DNA of 64,000 nt, taken from the NCBI GenBank assembly GCA_038727515.1, contig JAVYVS010000001.1, positions 128,001 through 192,000 of the forward strand. Reading direction: 5' to 3'. Source of the stretch: Candidatus Methanomethylicia archaeon (lineage in GTDB: Archaea > Thermoproteota > Methanomethylicia > Culexarchaeales > Culexarchaeaceae). The translations under genes and the position numbers were made by a program. Positions 8,839 through 18,736 of the stretch are shown here, one piece after another (position 1 is the first letter of the stretch; each line of letters begins with the position of its first letter). A model generated the notes under the pieces. It was not told the DNA's origin. It saw nothing but the letters and a program-made list of their open reading frames with translations, and searched no databases.

Positions 8839-10722
8839 GTGCATTATTTAAATGTTTCTTTTGAACCTGAGGGTAAAAGGGTTAAGGTGAAGTATGGTTC
8901 AACTATTTTTAATGCTGCTATGGAGGCTGGTATTCGTATTAGGTCTGAGTGTGGTGGTATTGGTTTTTGTGGTAAATGTAAAGTTGTAGTTAAAGATGTA
9001 AATGCTGTTAGTGGGTTAAATGATATTGAAAGAAGGTTTTTATCTGAATTTGAAATTCATGAAGGTTATAGATTGGCTTGTCAAACTGAGGTTTTAAATG
9101 ATGTTACAGTATTTATTCCCCATGAGAGTTTTATAGGTTTTTTGAAGATGGAGATTTCAGGTATTGAGAGGAGTATTAATCTTAATCCATTAATTAAAAA
9201 GTTTTATTTGAGATTGTTAAAACCTTCATTAATTGATGCTAAACCAGATTTTGAAAGACTTCAAGAATCTTTAATTAATGTAATTGGGCGTAGAGTTATC
9301 TTCGATATTGATTATGAAGTTTTAAAAGTTTTACCTGAAGTTCTTAGGAGTGCTGATTGGAATGTTACTACTACTTTGTGGGGTGATAATAGGATTATTA
9401 GTGTTGAAGCTGGTGATACTTCAAGGGAAATTTATGGGTTTGCTGTGGATATTGGTACATCAAAGATTGTAGGTCATTTAGTTAATTTAGTTAATGGTGA
9501 AACTATTGCTATTGGTGGTATTGAGAATCCCCAGATGATTTATGGTGAAGATGTATTATCTAGGGTATCATATGCATCCATTAATATTGAGAATCTTAAG
9601 GATTTACAGAAGCTTGTTATTGATGGTATTAATAGGGTTTTATTTGAATTATGTGATAAAGTTAATGTTAATCCAAATAGGATTTATGAAGTTGTTATTG
9701 TTGGTAATACTGTTATGCATCATTTATTTCTGGGAGTAACCCCTAAGTATCTTGCTCTATCACCATATACACCAGTTTTTAAGAGATCAATTAATTTGGT
9801 TGCGAAAGATTTGAATTTAAATATTAATCCTACAGGTGTTATTACTGTTTTACCTATTATTGCTGGTTTTGTTGGTTCTGATGCTATTGCTGATGTTTTA
9901 GCTACTGGCATTCATAAGTTAGATGAGAATTCATTGTTAATTGATATTGGAACTAATACTGAGATTTTCATTGGTAATAGGAGTGATTTAATTTGTTGTT
10001 CATGTGCTTCTGGACCTGCTTTTGAAGGTATGCATATAAAGTATGGTATGAGGGCTGTTGAAGGAGCTATAGAGAAGGTTACTATTGATTCTAATTTAGA
10101 TGTTGAGTATAAAGTTATAGGTGATATTAAACCTAAGGGTATATGTGGTTCTGCAACTATAGATATTATTGCTGGATTATTTAAGAATGGTGTTATAGAT
10201 CGTTTTGGGAAATTTAATGTGGATATTAAATCTAGGAGGATTAAACGTAGTAGTGAAGGATTTGAATTTATAATTGCCTTTAGTGATGAAACTTCCATTG
10301 GAAGAGATATAGTATTTAGTCAGAGGGATATTAGGGAGATTCAACTTGCTAAAGCTGCCATATACTCTGGATGCTATATTTTAATGAAGAAGAAGAATTT
10401 AGGTTTAGATGATATTAATAGAGTGTTTATAGCTGGAGCTTTTGGAAATTATATTGATGTTGAAAATGCTAAAATTATTGGTTTAATACCTGATATTCCA
10501 AGTGATAAAGTTAGATTTGTTGGTAATACTGCTATTGTTGGAGCTAAAATGGCTTTATTATCAAGTGAAGTTAGAAGTGAAGCTGAATCTTTAGCTAATA
10601 TTATTCGTTACCATGAACTTGCCGCTGACCCTAATTTTCAAATGGAATTTCTCAATTCCATCCCTATACCTCATAAAGAATTGGATAGATTTCCAAATGT
10701 TAAAAAGCTTTTAAATCTTTAA
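8839..10722 (+). CDS. ATP-dependent reductive activator of corrinoid proteins (RamA/RACo; 2Fe-2S plus ASKHA domain)
   Basis: CGGIGFCGKC...RLACQ, AVDIGTS, GNTVMHHLF, IDIGTNTE, ASGPAFEG, QLAKAAI, AGAFGNY. Confidence 0.93.
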   Translation: MHYLNVSFEPEGKRVKVKYGSTIFNAAMEAGIRIRSECGGIGFCGKCKVVVKDVNAVSGLNDIERRFLSEFEIHEGYRLACQTEVLNDVTVFIPHESFIGFLKMEISGIERSINLNPLIKKFYLRLLKPSLIDAKPDFERLQESLINVIGRRVIFDIDYEVLKVLPEVLRSADWNVTTTLWGDNRIISVEAGDTSREIYGFAVDIGTSKIVGHLVNLVNGETIAIGGIENPQMIYGEDVLSRVSYASINIENLKDLQKLVIDGINRVLFELCDKVNVNPNRIYEVVIVGNTVMHHLFLGVTPKYLALSPYTPVFKRSINLVAKDLNLNINPTGVITVLPIIAGFVGSDAIADVLATGIHKLDENSLLIDIGTNTEIFIGNRSDLICCSCASGPAFEGMHIKYGMRAVEGAIEKVTIDSNLDVEYKVIGDIKPKGICGSATIDIIAGLFKNGVIDRFGKFNVDIKSRRIKRSSEGFEFIIAFSDETSIGRDIVFSQRDIREIQLAKAAIYSGCYILMKKKNLGLDDINRVFIAGAFGNYIDVENAKIIGLIPDIPSDKVRFVGNTAIVGAKMALLSSEVRSEAESLANIIRYHELAADPNFQMEFLNSIPIPHKELDRFPNVKKLLNL

Positions 10723-11591
10723 ATTTCCTTTTGTTCACCCATTCTTTTAAGGTATTTATATGATGTATTTATAGCATATGTTGCTGGATAAATGTATTTA
10801 CAGTTTTCTATTGGTCCATAAATTACAAAATCTGCTCCAAGAATTATTGGCATTATATTAACTGCAATATCACATGGTTTTACAGCTTCCACCCCCATAA
10901 ACTTCTTCAATCCAATCCAAGTTGTTATCGCGTTATGTGCTCCACATCCACATGGATAACCTAATTCCCCTTTTAAATCTATTATTGTTTTACAAGCTAT
11001 TGATAAACTTGGTATATCTATTACAAATGTATCTAATAGTGGTTTCGTTACCCCTGCCTCTTCAGCCTTCCTCAGTAATTCCTTTAATGCTTCCATCCTC
11101 ATCTTACTACTCATAACTCCACTTTTATATGCTAAGAGTATTGCACTTTTAATTCCATATTCCATTATAGCTTTAAATTCCACTTCCTTTGATTCTGGTA
11201 TTAATGAGTTGTATACAATCTTATCCTCAATTCCTATTTCTTTTGCATATTTTACTCCAGCAATTTTAACTTCAGCACTTGGTGAATCTATTAGTATTGG
11301 CATATTCGTAGTATTAACTGAAAATTCAATGAATTTACACATAGCTTCTTTCGTAGATGCTATAACATCAAGCATTCCTGGAATACCCGTTTTACCAATA
11401 AATTCCTCCTTTAATTTAATTAGTTTCTCAGCCTTCTCCCTATTGAATTCTCCAGTTTTCTCATTTAAAACGATCTTATGTCCATGATAGAATATACTTC
11501 CAATTAATACAGTTGGATTCTCACCTGGTTGTCCACCTACTTTAACTCCACCTATCTCAAAAACTTTTTGAGGTGTCTTAAACTTCAACAT
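10719..11591 (-). CDS. mtrH: MtrH/MtgA-like methylcorrinoid:tetrahydropterin methyltransferase
   Basis: GGQPGENPTVLIGSIFY, IDSPS, YNSL, GCGAHNA, GADFVIYGPIE. Confidence 0.9.
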   Translation of the reverse strand: MLKFKTPQKVFEIGGVKVGGQPGENPTVLIGSIFYHGHKIVLNEKTGEFNREKAEKLIKLKEEFIGKTGIPGMLDVIASTKEAMCKFIEFSVNTTNMPILIDSPSAEVKIAGVKYAKEIGIEDKIVYNSLIPESKEVEFKAIMEYGIKSAILLAYKSGVMSSKMRMEALKELLRKAEEAGVTKPLLDTFVIDIPSLSIACKTIIDLKGELGYPCGCGAHNAITTWIGLKKFMGVEAVKPCDIAVNIMPIILGADFVIYGPIENCKYIYPATYAINTSYKYLKRMGEQKEI

Positions 11592-11634
11592 TTCAATCTA
11601 AATTACTTGTTAAATTAAACATATATAATTCTCT

Positions 11635-13110
11635 ATGGGAAGTATAATTGTTGAAGGTTTTATGTTGAAATTAAATATATCTAGATTTGAATTACTTAGT
11701 AGAGATGATCTTTATAGGATTCATGATTCAACGTTAAAGATTTTGGAAGAAACTGGTGTTGTTTTTAGACATAAGAATGCTCTTAAAATTTTTGATGAGT
11801 TTGGTGCGAAAGTTGATTATAAAACAGGGAGAGTTTTTATTCCACATCATCTTATTGATGAAGCTTTAAAGAAAGTTCCAAAAAGGATTGTTTGGTATGC
11901 TAGAGTTGATGAAAAGAGTATGAAGATTGAAGATGGTATAGTGAATTTTGGTGGGATGCGTACTCCAGCATTTATTTATGATCTGGAAACTGGGTTTAGA
12001 AGGAGATCTACGAAAACTGATTTTGAGAATATTGTGAAGATCATGGATTACTTAGAGTTAATTGATGAAGGATATGGTTCTGTTCATATTGGAGATGTAC
12101 CTGAAAATCTTTCACATCTCTATGCAATTCTAATTCAAATTAAGAATACTGGAAAGCCTATTTGGGGTAGGGTTAGAGGTGGTAATGTAGCTAGAGATTG
12201 CCTCAATATGATTTCTATGGTTGCTGGTGGCAGAGAGGAGCTTAGGAAGAAGCCGATGATTGCTTGTTCCATTAATCCCACAAGTCCATTGCAATGGGAT
12301 GTTAAAATGATAGAGGGGATGATGGAATATGTTAAATTGAATCAAATAGTTATCCCTTCCTCAGAGGTGATGTCTGGTGCTACTGGTCCAGTGACTTTAG
12401 CTGGAACTATAGTTCAACAAAATGCTGAAATTCTTTCAATGATAGTTTTAATACAAATCATAAATCCTGGGAATCCAGTTTTATATGGAACTGTTTCCAC
12501 GGCAATGGATATGAAGACTGCAAATACTAGAACTGGAGGCCCAGAATTGGGTATTATGCATATTATTTCTGCACAATTGGCTAGAATGTATGGAATACCC
12601 TCTAGAGGAGCTGCTGGATGTACTGATTCTAAAATTCTAGATGTTCAAGCTGGTTATGAAGCAGCCTTTAATCTACTTTTAGCAGTATTATCTGGATTTA
12701 ATTTTATTACATATGCTCTAGGTGGTGTAGAATCTTCATTATCTGTATGTTATGAGAAGATTTTAACTGATTATGAATTTCTCAATATGATTAAGAGATT
12801 GGTGGATGGTGTTGAAGTTTCTGATGATACTCTAGCTATTGATTTAATTAATAAAGTTGGACCTGGAGGACACTTCTTAGCACAAAAACATACTAGAGAG
12901 TATCATAGGAGAGAACATTTTATACCAAAAATCTTTAATACTCAATCCTATGATAGATGGTTTAAATCTGAATTTAGAGATATTAGAGATAGAGCTAGAG
13001 AAGAGGTTAAGAGGATTCTTAAGGAACATGAGCCTCCTCCAATTGATAAAACTTTAGAGAAGGAATTAATGGATTATTTAAAGAAGATGGAAGAAGCTTA
13101 CTGTAAATAA
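11635..13110 (+). CDS. MttB-superfamily (non-pyrrolysine) methyltransferase 1
   Basis: SPLQW, MSGATGPVTLAG...NAE, TDSKILDVQAGYE, VGPGGHFL; Cys at the Pyl-equivalent site and no in-frame TAG; true start may be 11662. Confidence 0.93.
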   Translation: MGSIIVEGFMLKLNISRFELLSRDDLYRIHDSTLKILEETGVVFRHKNALKIFDEFGAKVDYKTGRVFIPHHLIDEALKKVPKRIVWYARVDEKSMKIEDGIVNFGGMRTPAFIYDLETGFRRRSTKTDFENIVKIMDYLELIDEGYGSVHIGDVPENLSHLYAILIQIKNTGKPIWGRVRGGNVARDCLNMISMVAGGREELRKKPMIACSINPTSPLQWDVKMIEGMMEYVKLNQIVIPSSEVMSGATGPVTLAGTIVQQNAEILSMIVLIQIINPGNPVLYGTVSTAMDMKTANTRTGGPELGIMHIISAQLARMYGIPSRGAAGCTDSKILDVQAGYEAAFNLLLAVLSGFNFITYALGGVESSLSVCYEKILTDYEFLNMIKRLVDGVEVSDDTLAIDLINKVGPGGHFLAQKHTREYHRREHFIPKIFNTQSYDRWFKSEFRDIRDRAREEVKRILKEHEPPPIDKTLEKELMDYLKKMEEAYCK

Positions 13111-13175
13111 TTGTGTATTCATTAAGTTTTAATAATTATGTATTTATAGGTTTAATTCAAGATGGAGGTTATGTT

Positions 13176-13826
13176 ATGAGGGAAATTATTTTGAATAAAT
13201 TGATGGAAGCTATTTTGAATTATGATATTGAAGGTGCTGTTAAAGCTGCTGAAGAAGCTCTTAAATATGGTTTAGATCCTATTGATGCTATTGAGAATGG
13301 CCTTGCTAAGGGTATTAAGATTGTTGGTGAAAAATTTGGTTCTGGCGAGATCTTTTTAACTGAACTTGCTATAGCTGCTGAAGCTATGAAGGAAGCTCTT
13401 AAAATTTTTGAGCCAGCTATATTGAAGAGTGGTAGAGAGAGGAAGGTTTTGGGGAGAATTGTTATTGGAACTGTTGAAGGAGATATACATGATATTGGTA
13501 AGAATATTGTGAGTACCCTCCTCATGGCTTCTGGATTTGAAGTTATCGATCTTGGAGTTGATGTTCCAGTGGAAGTCTTCGTGGAAAAGGTTAAAGAGCT
13601 TAAACCTGATATTCTCGCTCTATCCGCTTTAATGACGACAACTATGATTAAAATGGTGGATGTTATAAAGGCTCTTGAACGTGAAGGTTTAAGAGATAAG
13701 GTTAAGGTTATGATTGGTGGTGCTCCAACATCTAAGGATTGGGCTAGGGAGATTGGTGCTGATGGTCATGGTGTAGATGCTATAGAAGCTGTGGAAGTAG
13801 CTAAGAAGCTTATTGGAGTAGCTTAA
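13176..13826 (+). CDS. Cognate corrinoid (B12-binding) protein, MttC/MtgC-like
   Basis: GTVEGDIHDIGKN, DLGVDVP, SALMTTT, IGGAP; GGAGG precedes ATG at 13176. Confidence 0.95.
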   Translation: MREIILNKLMEAILNYDIEGAVKAAEEALKYGLDPIDAIENGLAKGIKIVGEKFGSGEIFLTELAIAAEAMKEALKIFEPAILKSGRERKVLGRIVIGTVEGDIHDIGKNIVSTLLMASGFEVIDLGVDVPVEVFVEKVKELKPDILALSALMTTTMIKMVDVIKALEREGLRDKVKVMIGGAPTSKDWAREIGADGHGVDAIEAVEVAKKLIGVA

Positions 13827-13843
13827 GTATGGTGATTTAATCT

Positions 13844-15280
13844 ATGAGCACCCCTAAAATTCAATTGTTATCTAAAGAAGAAATTGAGTGTATTCATTAT
13901 TCTTCAATTAAGATTTTGGAAGAAGTTGGTGTAAAGATATATAATGATAATGCTCTTAAACTACTCTATGATAATGGTTGTGAAGTGGATTTTAATAGGA
14001 AGATTGTCCGTATACCTCAACCTCTAGTTAAAGAAGCTTTAAGTAAAACTCCATCCACCATAAAACTTTATGGTAGAAGTAGAAGTTATGATCGTATAAT
14101 TGGAGGGGATATTGTTACATTTAATCCAGGTTCAGCTGCACTATACATTTTAGATTATGATAGGAATGAAATTAGAAAGCCTACTTCCAATGATTTAGCG
14201 AATTTAGTTAGATTGGCTGATGCACTTGAGAATATTCACGCTCAGAGTACAGCTTTAGTTGTTTCAGATGTTCCAGAATCTATTGTTGATCGTTACCGCC
14301 TCTATATTGTCCTTAAAAATTCTCCTAAACCAATAATTACCGGTGCATTTACAATTGATGGAATTTACGATATGAAGCGTATGCTTGAAATTGTAGTTGG
14401 TGGTGAAGAAGAATTAATTAAGAAGCCTATGGCTATATTTGATGTATGTCCTTCATCACCATTAAATTGGAGTGAGATTGTAACTCAAAATTTAATTGAT
14501 TGTGCTAAATTTAATTTACCCATTGAAATAATTCCAGCTCCTCAATTGGGTGCTACCGGCCCTGTCACCATAGCTGGCTCCGTGGCTCAGCATAATGCTG
14601 AATTTCTAAGTGGTTTAGTTATGGCTCAACTTGTTAATCCAAAGACTCCTGTAATCTATGGTGGTTCACCTACAGTTTTAGATCAAAGGTTTGCTACCCC
14701 CTCTCTTGGAGCTATAGAAGCTATTATGGTTGTTTGTTGTTATACTCAGATTGCTAAGAATTATGGAATTCCAACACATGCATATCTTGGAATTAGTGAT
14801 TCAAAGATTATTGATGCTCAATGTGGTTTTGAATCTAGTATTGGAATATTTCTAGGTGTTCTTGCAGGGGTAAATGTTATTTCTGGTCCTGGAATGCTTA
14901 TCTCTGAGAATTGTCAAAGTTTAGAGAAGCTTGTTATAGATAATGAAATATGTGGTATGGCTTTGAGATTGGCTAGAGGTGTAAAAGTTGATGAGGATAC
15001 TCTTGCTATTGATTTAATTAAGAAGGTGGGTCCGGGAGGTATGTATCTAGCTGAGAAACATACTCTTAAACATTTTAGGAGTGAATTGTTAATACCCTCT
15101 GAAATTATTGATAGGAGGGATTGGAAGGTTTGGATGGATTGTGGAAGTAAAGATACTGTTAAACGAGCACATGAAATTACTTCAAAAATTTTAAGTAAAC
15201 ATAAACCTGAACCTCTACCAATTGATGTTGAGAAAGAACTTGATAACTTCGTTAAAGAGATCTTAAAGAAGAAGTGTTGA
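13844..15280 (+). CDS. MttB-superfamily (non-pyrrolysine) methyltransferase 2
   Basis: SSPLNW, GATGPVTIAGS...NAE, YLGISDSKIIDAQCGFE, SGPGML, VGPGG; Ile at the Pyl-equivalent site. Confidence 0.93.
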   Translation: MSTPKIQLLSKEEIECIHYSSIKILEEVGVKIYNDNALKLLYDNGCEVDFNRKIVRIPQPLVKEALSKTPSTIKLYGRSRSYDRIIGGDIVTFNPGSAALYILDYDRNEIRKPTSNDLANLVRLADALENIHAQSTALVVSDVPESIVDRYRLYIVLKNSPKPIITGAFTIDGIYDMKRMLEIVVGGEEELIKKPMAIFDVCPSSPLNWSEIVTQNLIDCAKFNLPIEIIPAPQLGATGPVTIAGSVAQHNAEFLSGLVMAQLVNPKTPVIYGGSPTVLDQRFATPSLGAIEAIMVVCCYTQIAKNYGIPTHAYLGISDSKIIDAQCGFESSIGIFLGVLAGVNVISGPGMLISENCQSLEKLVIDNEICGMALRLARGVKVDEDTLAIDLIKKVGPGGMYLAEKHTLKHFRSELLIPSEIIDRRDWKVWMDCGSKDTVKRAHEITSKILSKHKPEPLPIDVEKELDNFVKEILKKKC

Positions 15281-15608
15281 ATCCTCAAAATTTTACAATA
15301 CATATTTATTTTGAAGAATATAATGATAGAATTAATTGAAAATCCATAACTTCATCAAAATCATTGTTTTTACATCCTTTTAATTCCCAATTCATTCCCA
15401 TGAACCTTTAATTAAATTGATAGTAACATGATAAAATTGTGTAAATGGTATTATTCTCTTTTTCAATACTTCACACCTTAACTTTTACCCTAACAAAGCC
15501 TACTACTCATATAAAGAAAAGGATGTTAACTCGAAGAAAACGCCGAACTATAATTATCCAAAGACTATAAATGATTTAAATATTATTTATAGAATTTTAT
15601 TTACGTGG

Positions 15609-16850
15609 TTGGTGTTTTCTTTGAGTTTTGCTTTGTCAATGGTTTGTGAGAAGTGTGGTAGAGAGTATCCTTTGGATAGTTATAGTTTTAGATGTTTTGA
15701 TTGTAATGAGCCTATAATGGTGCTATATGATTATGAAGCTTTGAAAGATTCTCTGAGTAGAGATTCTCTGAAATCTAGGGTTTTTAATGTTTGGCGTTAT
15801 AGAGAGCTTCTACCAATTAAGGGAGATAATGTAGTATCTTTATTTGAGGGTGGAACTCCATTGATAAAGAGTTTTAGGATTCATAGGCTTTTTGGTTTTA
15901 GGAATTTATATTTTAAGGATGAGAGTAGAAATCCCACTGGATCATTTAAGGATAGGGGTTCTAGTGTTGGTGTTTCAAAGGCTTTGGAAATTGGAGCTAA
16001 AGTTGTTGGTTGTGCATCTACTGGGAATATGGCTTCTTCTCTATCTGCATATGCTACTAAAGCTGGTTTAAAATGTATAATTTTAATTCCAAGGAATACC
16101 CCCATGGAGAAGATTATGCAAACTCTATATTATGATCCATTAACTTTCTCTGTGGATTTACCATACCCTGAACTCTATAAGCTTTCCTTTGAAGCTGCTT
16201 TAAATCATGGTTTATATTTAGTTCATTCCGATAGTCCTATGAGGATTGAAGGTCAAAAAACTATTGCATATGAAATTTGTGAACAATTGAATTGGATTGC
16301 TCCTGATGTTGTTATTGTTCCAACTAGTAGTGGAGGTAATTTTAGTGCTATTTGGAAGGGGTTTAAAGAGTTTTATGATTTAGGTTTTATAGGTAAACTT
16401 CCAAGGATGATTTGTGTTCAAAGTAGTGGATGTGCACCTATTGTTGAAGCTTTTAAATCTGGTGGAGATTTAAAGCCTTGGGTTAATCCTAAGACTATTG
16501 CACATTCCATATCTAATCCCAATCCATCTCTAGCTAGTGGTAATCGTGTTTTAAGAATTTTAAGGGAAAACAATGGTTATGCTGAAATGGTTTCTGATCG
16601 TGAAATTTCTGAATTTCAAAGGATACTTGCTATTTGTGAGGGTTTATTTATTGAACCTGCTTCTGCAGCTTCTGTAGCTGTTTTACATAGATTGTTGGAT
16701 GATGGTATTATAGATAGAGATGAAACTATTGTATGTATCCTAACTGGTTCTGGATTTAAAGATTTAAATGCAATAAGAAATTATATTAAAGTTCCAATTA
16801 TGGTAGGTTCTAAAGAGGAATTTATTGAGAATATTACCAGTATTAGTTGA
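15609..16850 (+). CDS. thrC: Threonine synthase family PLP enzyme
   Basis: N-terminal CxxC...CxxC, EGGTPL, NPTGSFKDRG, ASTGN, EGQKTIAYE, EPASA, LTGSGFKD. Confidence 0.85.
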   Translation: MVFSLSFALSMVCEKCGREYPLDSYSFRCFDCNEPIMVLYDYEALKDSLSRDSLKSRVFNVWRYRELLPIKGDNVVSLFEGGTPLIKSFRIHRLFGFRNLYFKDESRNPTGSFKDRGSSVGVSKALEIGAKVVGCASTGNMASSLSAYATKAGLKCIILIPRNTPMEKIMQTLYYDPLTFSVDLPYPELYKLSFEAALNHGLYLVHSDSPMRIEGQKTIAYEICEQLNWIAPDVVIVPTSSGGNFSAIWKGFKEFYDLGFIGKLPRMICVQSSGCAPIVEAFKSGGDLKPWVNPKTIAHSISNPNPSLASGNRVLRILRENNGYAEMVSDREISEFQRILAICEGLFIEPASAASVAVLHRLLDDGIIDRDETIVCILTGSGFKDLNAIRNYIKVPIMVGSKEEFIENITSIS

Positions 16851-16898
16851 TTAGTGTATTCTAGTAAACTTTAAATGTAAATTTTTATACTTTATTTT

Positions 16899-17663
16899 GT
16901 GTTTAACGATATATCTATTAAATTGATTCTTTCATTGGGGAAGTTGGGTGAATCTAGATTTAATGATTTAAAATCTTTCATTAAGAATTCTAGGAGTTTA
17001 TCTATTAATTTGAAGAAGCTTATGAATATGGGTTTAGTGGAGAATGTTAATGGATTATATAAGTTAACTGATAGAGGTGTTAAAGTTAATGAACTTTTGA
17101 GGGAGATTCATAATTTGATTTCATTATCTAGTTTTAAAATTGAGAATTTTGAGAGGATTCCACACTTATACTTTTCTCATTTAATTAAGAGGTATTGTGA
17201 ATTGCTTTTGGATTATTTTGGTGATAGATTGATTAGTATTATGCTTTTTGGCTCTATTGCTAGGGGTGATTGGAGTAGGGATAGTGATATTGATATTCTA
17301 ATTGTAGTTGATGGTTGGAATGATAAACCTATTTGGGTTAGAATTGGAGAGCTTAAGAATGTTAAGAAGATGCTTGAAGATACCTTTGAATTTAAAAAGG
17401 CTTTAAATGCTGGTTTTTGGCCTATAATTCAAAATTACCCTTTAAGTTTAGAGGAGGCTAAAAGGTTTAATAGGATTTATCTTGATGCTATTATCGATGG
17501 AATTATACTTTATGATAAGAATGATTTCTTGAAGAATGTTTTAGATAAGATTCGTAGGAGGATGGAGGCTTTAGGTTCTATGAGGATTACTCTGCTAAAT
17601 GGTAAATTTTACTGGGTTTTGAAGGGTGATATAATTGCTGGAGAGGTTATAGATTTTGAGTGA
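16899..17663 (+). CDS. wHTH-fused minimal nucleotidyltransferase (MNT antitoxin)
   Basis: N-terminal HxlR-like wHTH (YKLTDRG); LFGSIARGDWSRDSDIDIL. Confidence 0.85.
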   Translation: MFNDISIKLILSLGKLGESRFNDLKSFIKNSRSLSINLKKLMNMGLVENVNGLYKLTDRGVKVNELLREIHNLISLSSFKIENFERIPHLYFSHLIKRYCELLLDYFGDRLISIMLFGSIARGDWSRDSDIDILIVVDGWNDKPIWVRIGELKNVKKMLEDTFEFKKALNAGFWPIIQNYPLSLEEAKRFNRIYLDAIIDGIILYDKNDFLKNVLDKIRRRMEALGSMRITLLNGKFYWVLKGDIIAGEVIDFE

Positions 17664-18105
17664 AACTACAAATATTAAATTGGCTATTTCCGCATTGAAG
17701 AGGGCTGGTAGATGGCTTATGGGTGCATTTAGAGCTTTAGAAGATGGTAGATGGGATGATGTTGTTTATTCATCTCAAATGGTTGTTGAACAATCTTCAA
17801 AGGCTGTTTTAATAGCTCTTGGAATAGATTATCCAAAGGAACATGATGTTAGTATAGCATTTAAACATATTTTGAAATTGAAGAATATCCCAGAATGGTT
17901 TATAGTATTAATTGATGAACTCTCCGATAATATTTCTGAACTTGCAGAATTGAGGGGTTTAGCTGGATATGGATATGAAGAGGGTATAGATGTAGATTAC
18001 TTTAAAGATTATGCCCCCATAGCCTATGAAAAAGCTAAGAAACATTATGATGCATGTTCTAGATTACTTAGGGAATTATTCCATTTAAATGTGGATCATG
18101 TTTAG
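17656..18105 (+). CDS. HEPN domain protein (partner of MNT)
   Basis: SQMVVEQSSKA, YPKEHDV, R-x4-Y (RGLAGY); overlaps the MNT stop codon. Confidence 0.88.
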   Translation: MSETTNIKLAISALKRAGRWLMGAFRALEDGRWDDVVYSSQMVVEQSSKAVLIALGIDYPKEHDVSIAFKHILKLKNIPEWFIVLIDELSDNISELAELRGLAGYGYEEGIDVDYFKDYAPIAYEKAKKHYDACSRLLRELFHLNVDHV

Positions 18106-18112
18106 TAATGAT

Positions 18113-18697
18113 TTACATAGTCCACATATTGTATCTATGTAATTCTTTAAAATCTCTTTCAGCTCTATCGATTGAGAAATTTATGAATTCACTTAAACAA
18201 CCCTTCTTACCCATATAATTATTCCATGATTTTATAGTTTCCCTCCAAAGACTTAATTCTAAAATACGTATTTTTGCAAGTCTAATTAAGCTCTTTTCAA
18301 TATTCTTCGGTATATTTTTCGAGTCTACTTTTAATCCTGGACACTTCCCTATAGCTTCATCATTAACTCCTATTCTTATCCCTCCATTTCTCTTAATTAT
18401 GTATAGGAATGGATAAAATCTACATACTAATGGTTTAAATTTATGTACTAAACATTTGCCATCTTCTAGGAATATACACATTTTTTCTTCTCTATGTAGT
18501 GATATATAGTATTCACCATCTTCAATCATCACTATAAATTCATCTTTAATGGGCTTTTCATCTACATTCTTTAAATCTACAATTTTCTTTAATTGATATC
18601 CACCATACATCTTTAATCTAAGCATATCAAGATGTGTTATGGGTATCCAATACCATTCACAACATTTCCCACATAATATACAATTGAATTCCACCAT
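18113..18697 (-). CDS. YkgJ/CxxCxxCC family Fe-S or zinc cluster protein
   Basis: CILCGKCC, CIFL...CLVHKFKPLVCRFYPF, CPG. Confidence 0.88.
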   Translation of the reverse strand: MVEFNCILCGKCCEWYWIPITHLDMLRLKMYGGYQLKKIVDLKNVDEKPIKDEFIVMIEDGEYYISLHREEKMCIFLEDGKCLVHKFKPLVCRFYPFLYIIKRNGGIRIGVNDEAIGKCPGLKVDSKNIPKNIEKSLIRLAKIRILELSLWRETIKSWNNYMGKKGCLSEFINFSIDRAERDFKELHRYNMWTM

Positions 18698-18736
18698 TTC
18701 TAGACAACCTCGTTGTAGAGATCACCTAGAAATGGT

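Noticed and set aside
11635-15280. Pyrrolysine recoding in the MttB genes
   Set aside because: Both ORFs are full length without an in-frame TAG; Cys and Ile occupy the Pyl site
15300-15395. Possible 5' remnant of a GNAT acetyltransferase on the minus strand (MNWELKGCKNNDFDEVMD)
   Set aside because: Too short and degraded to support without a search
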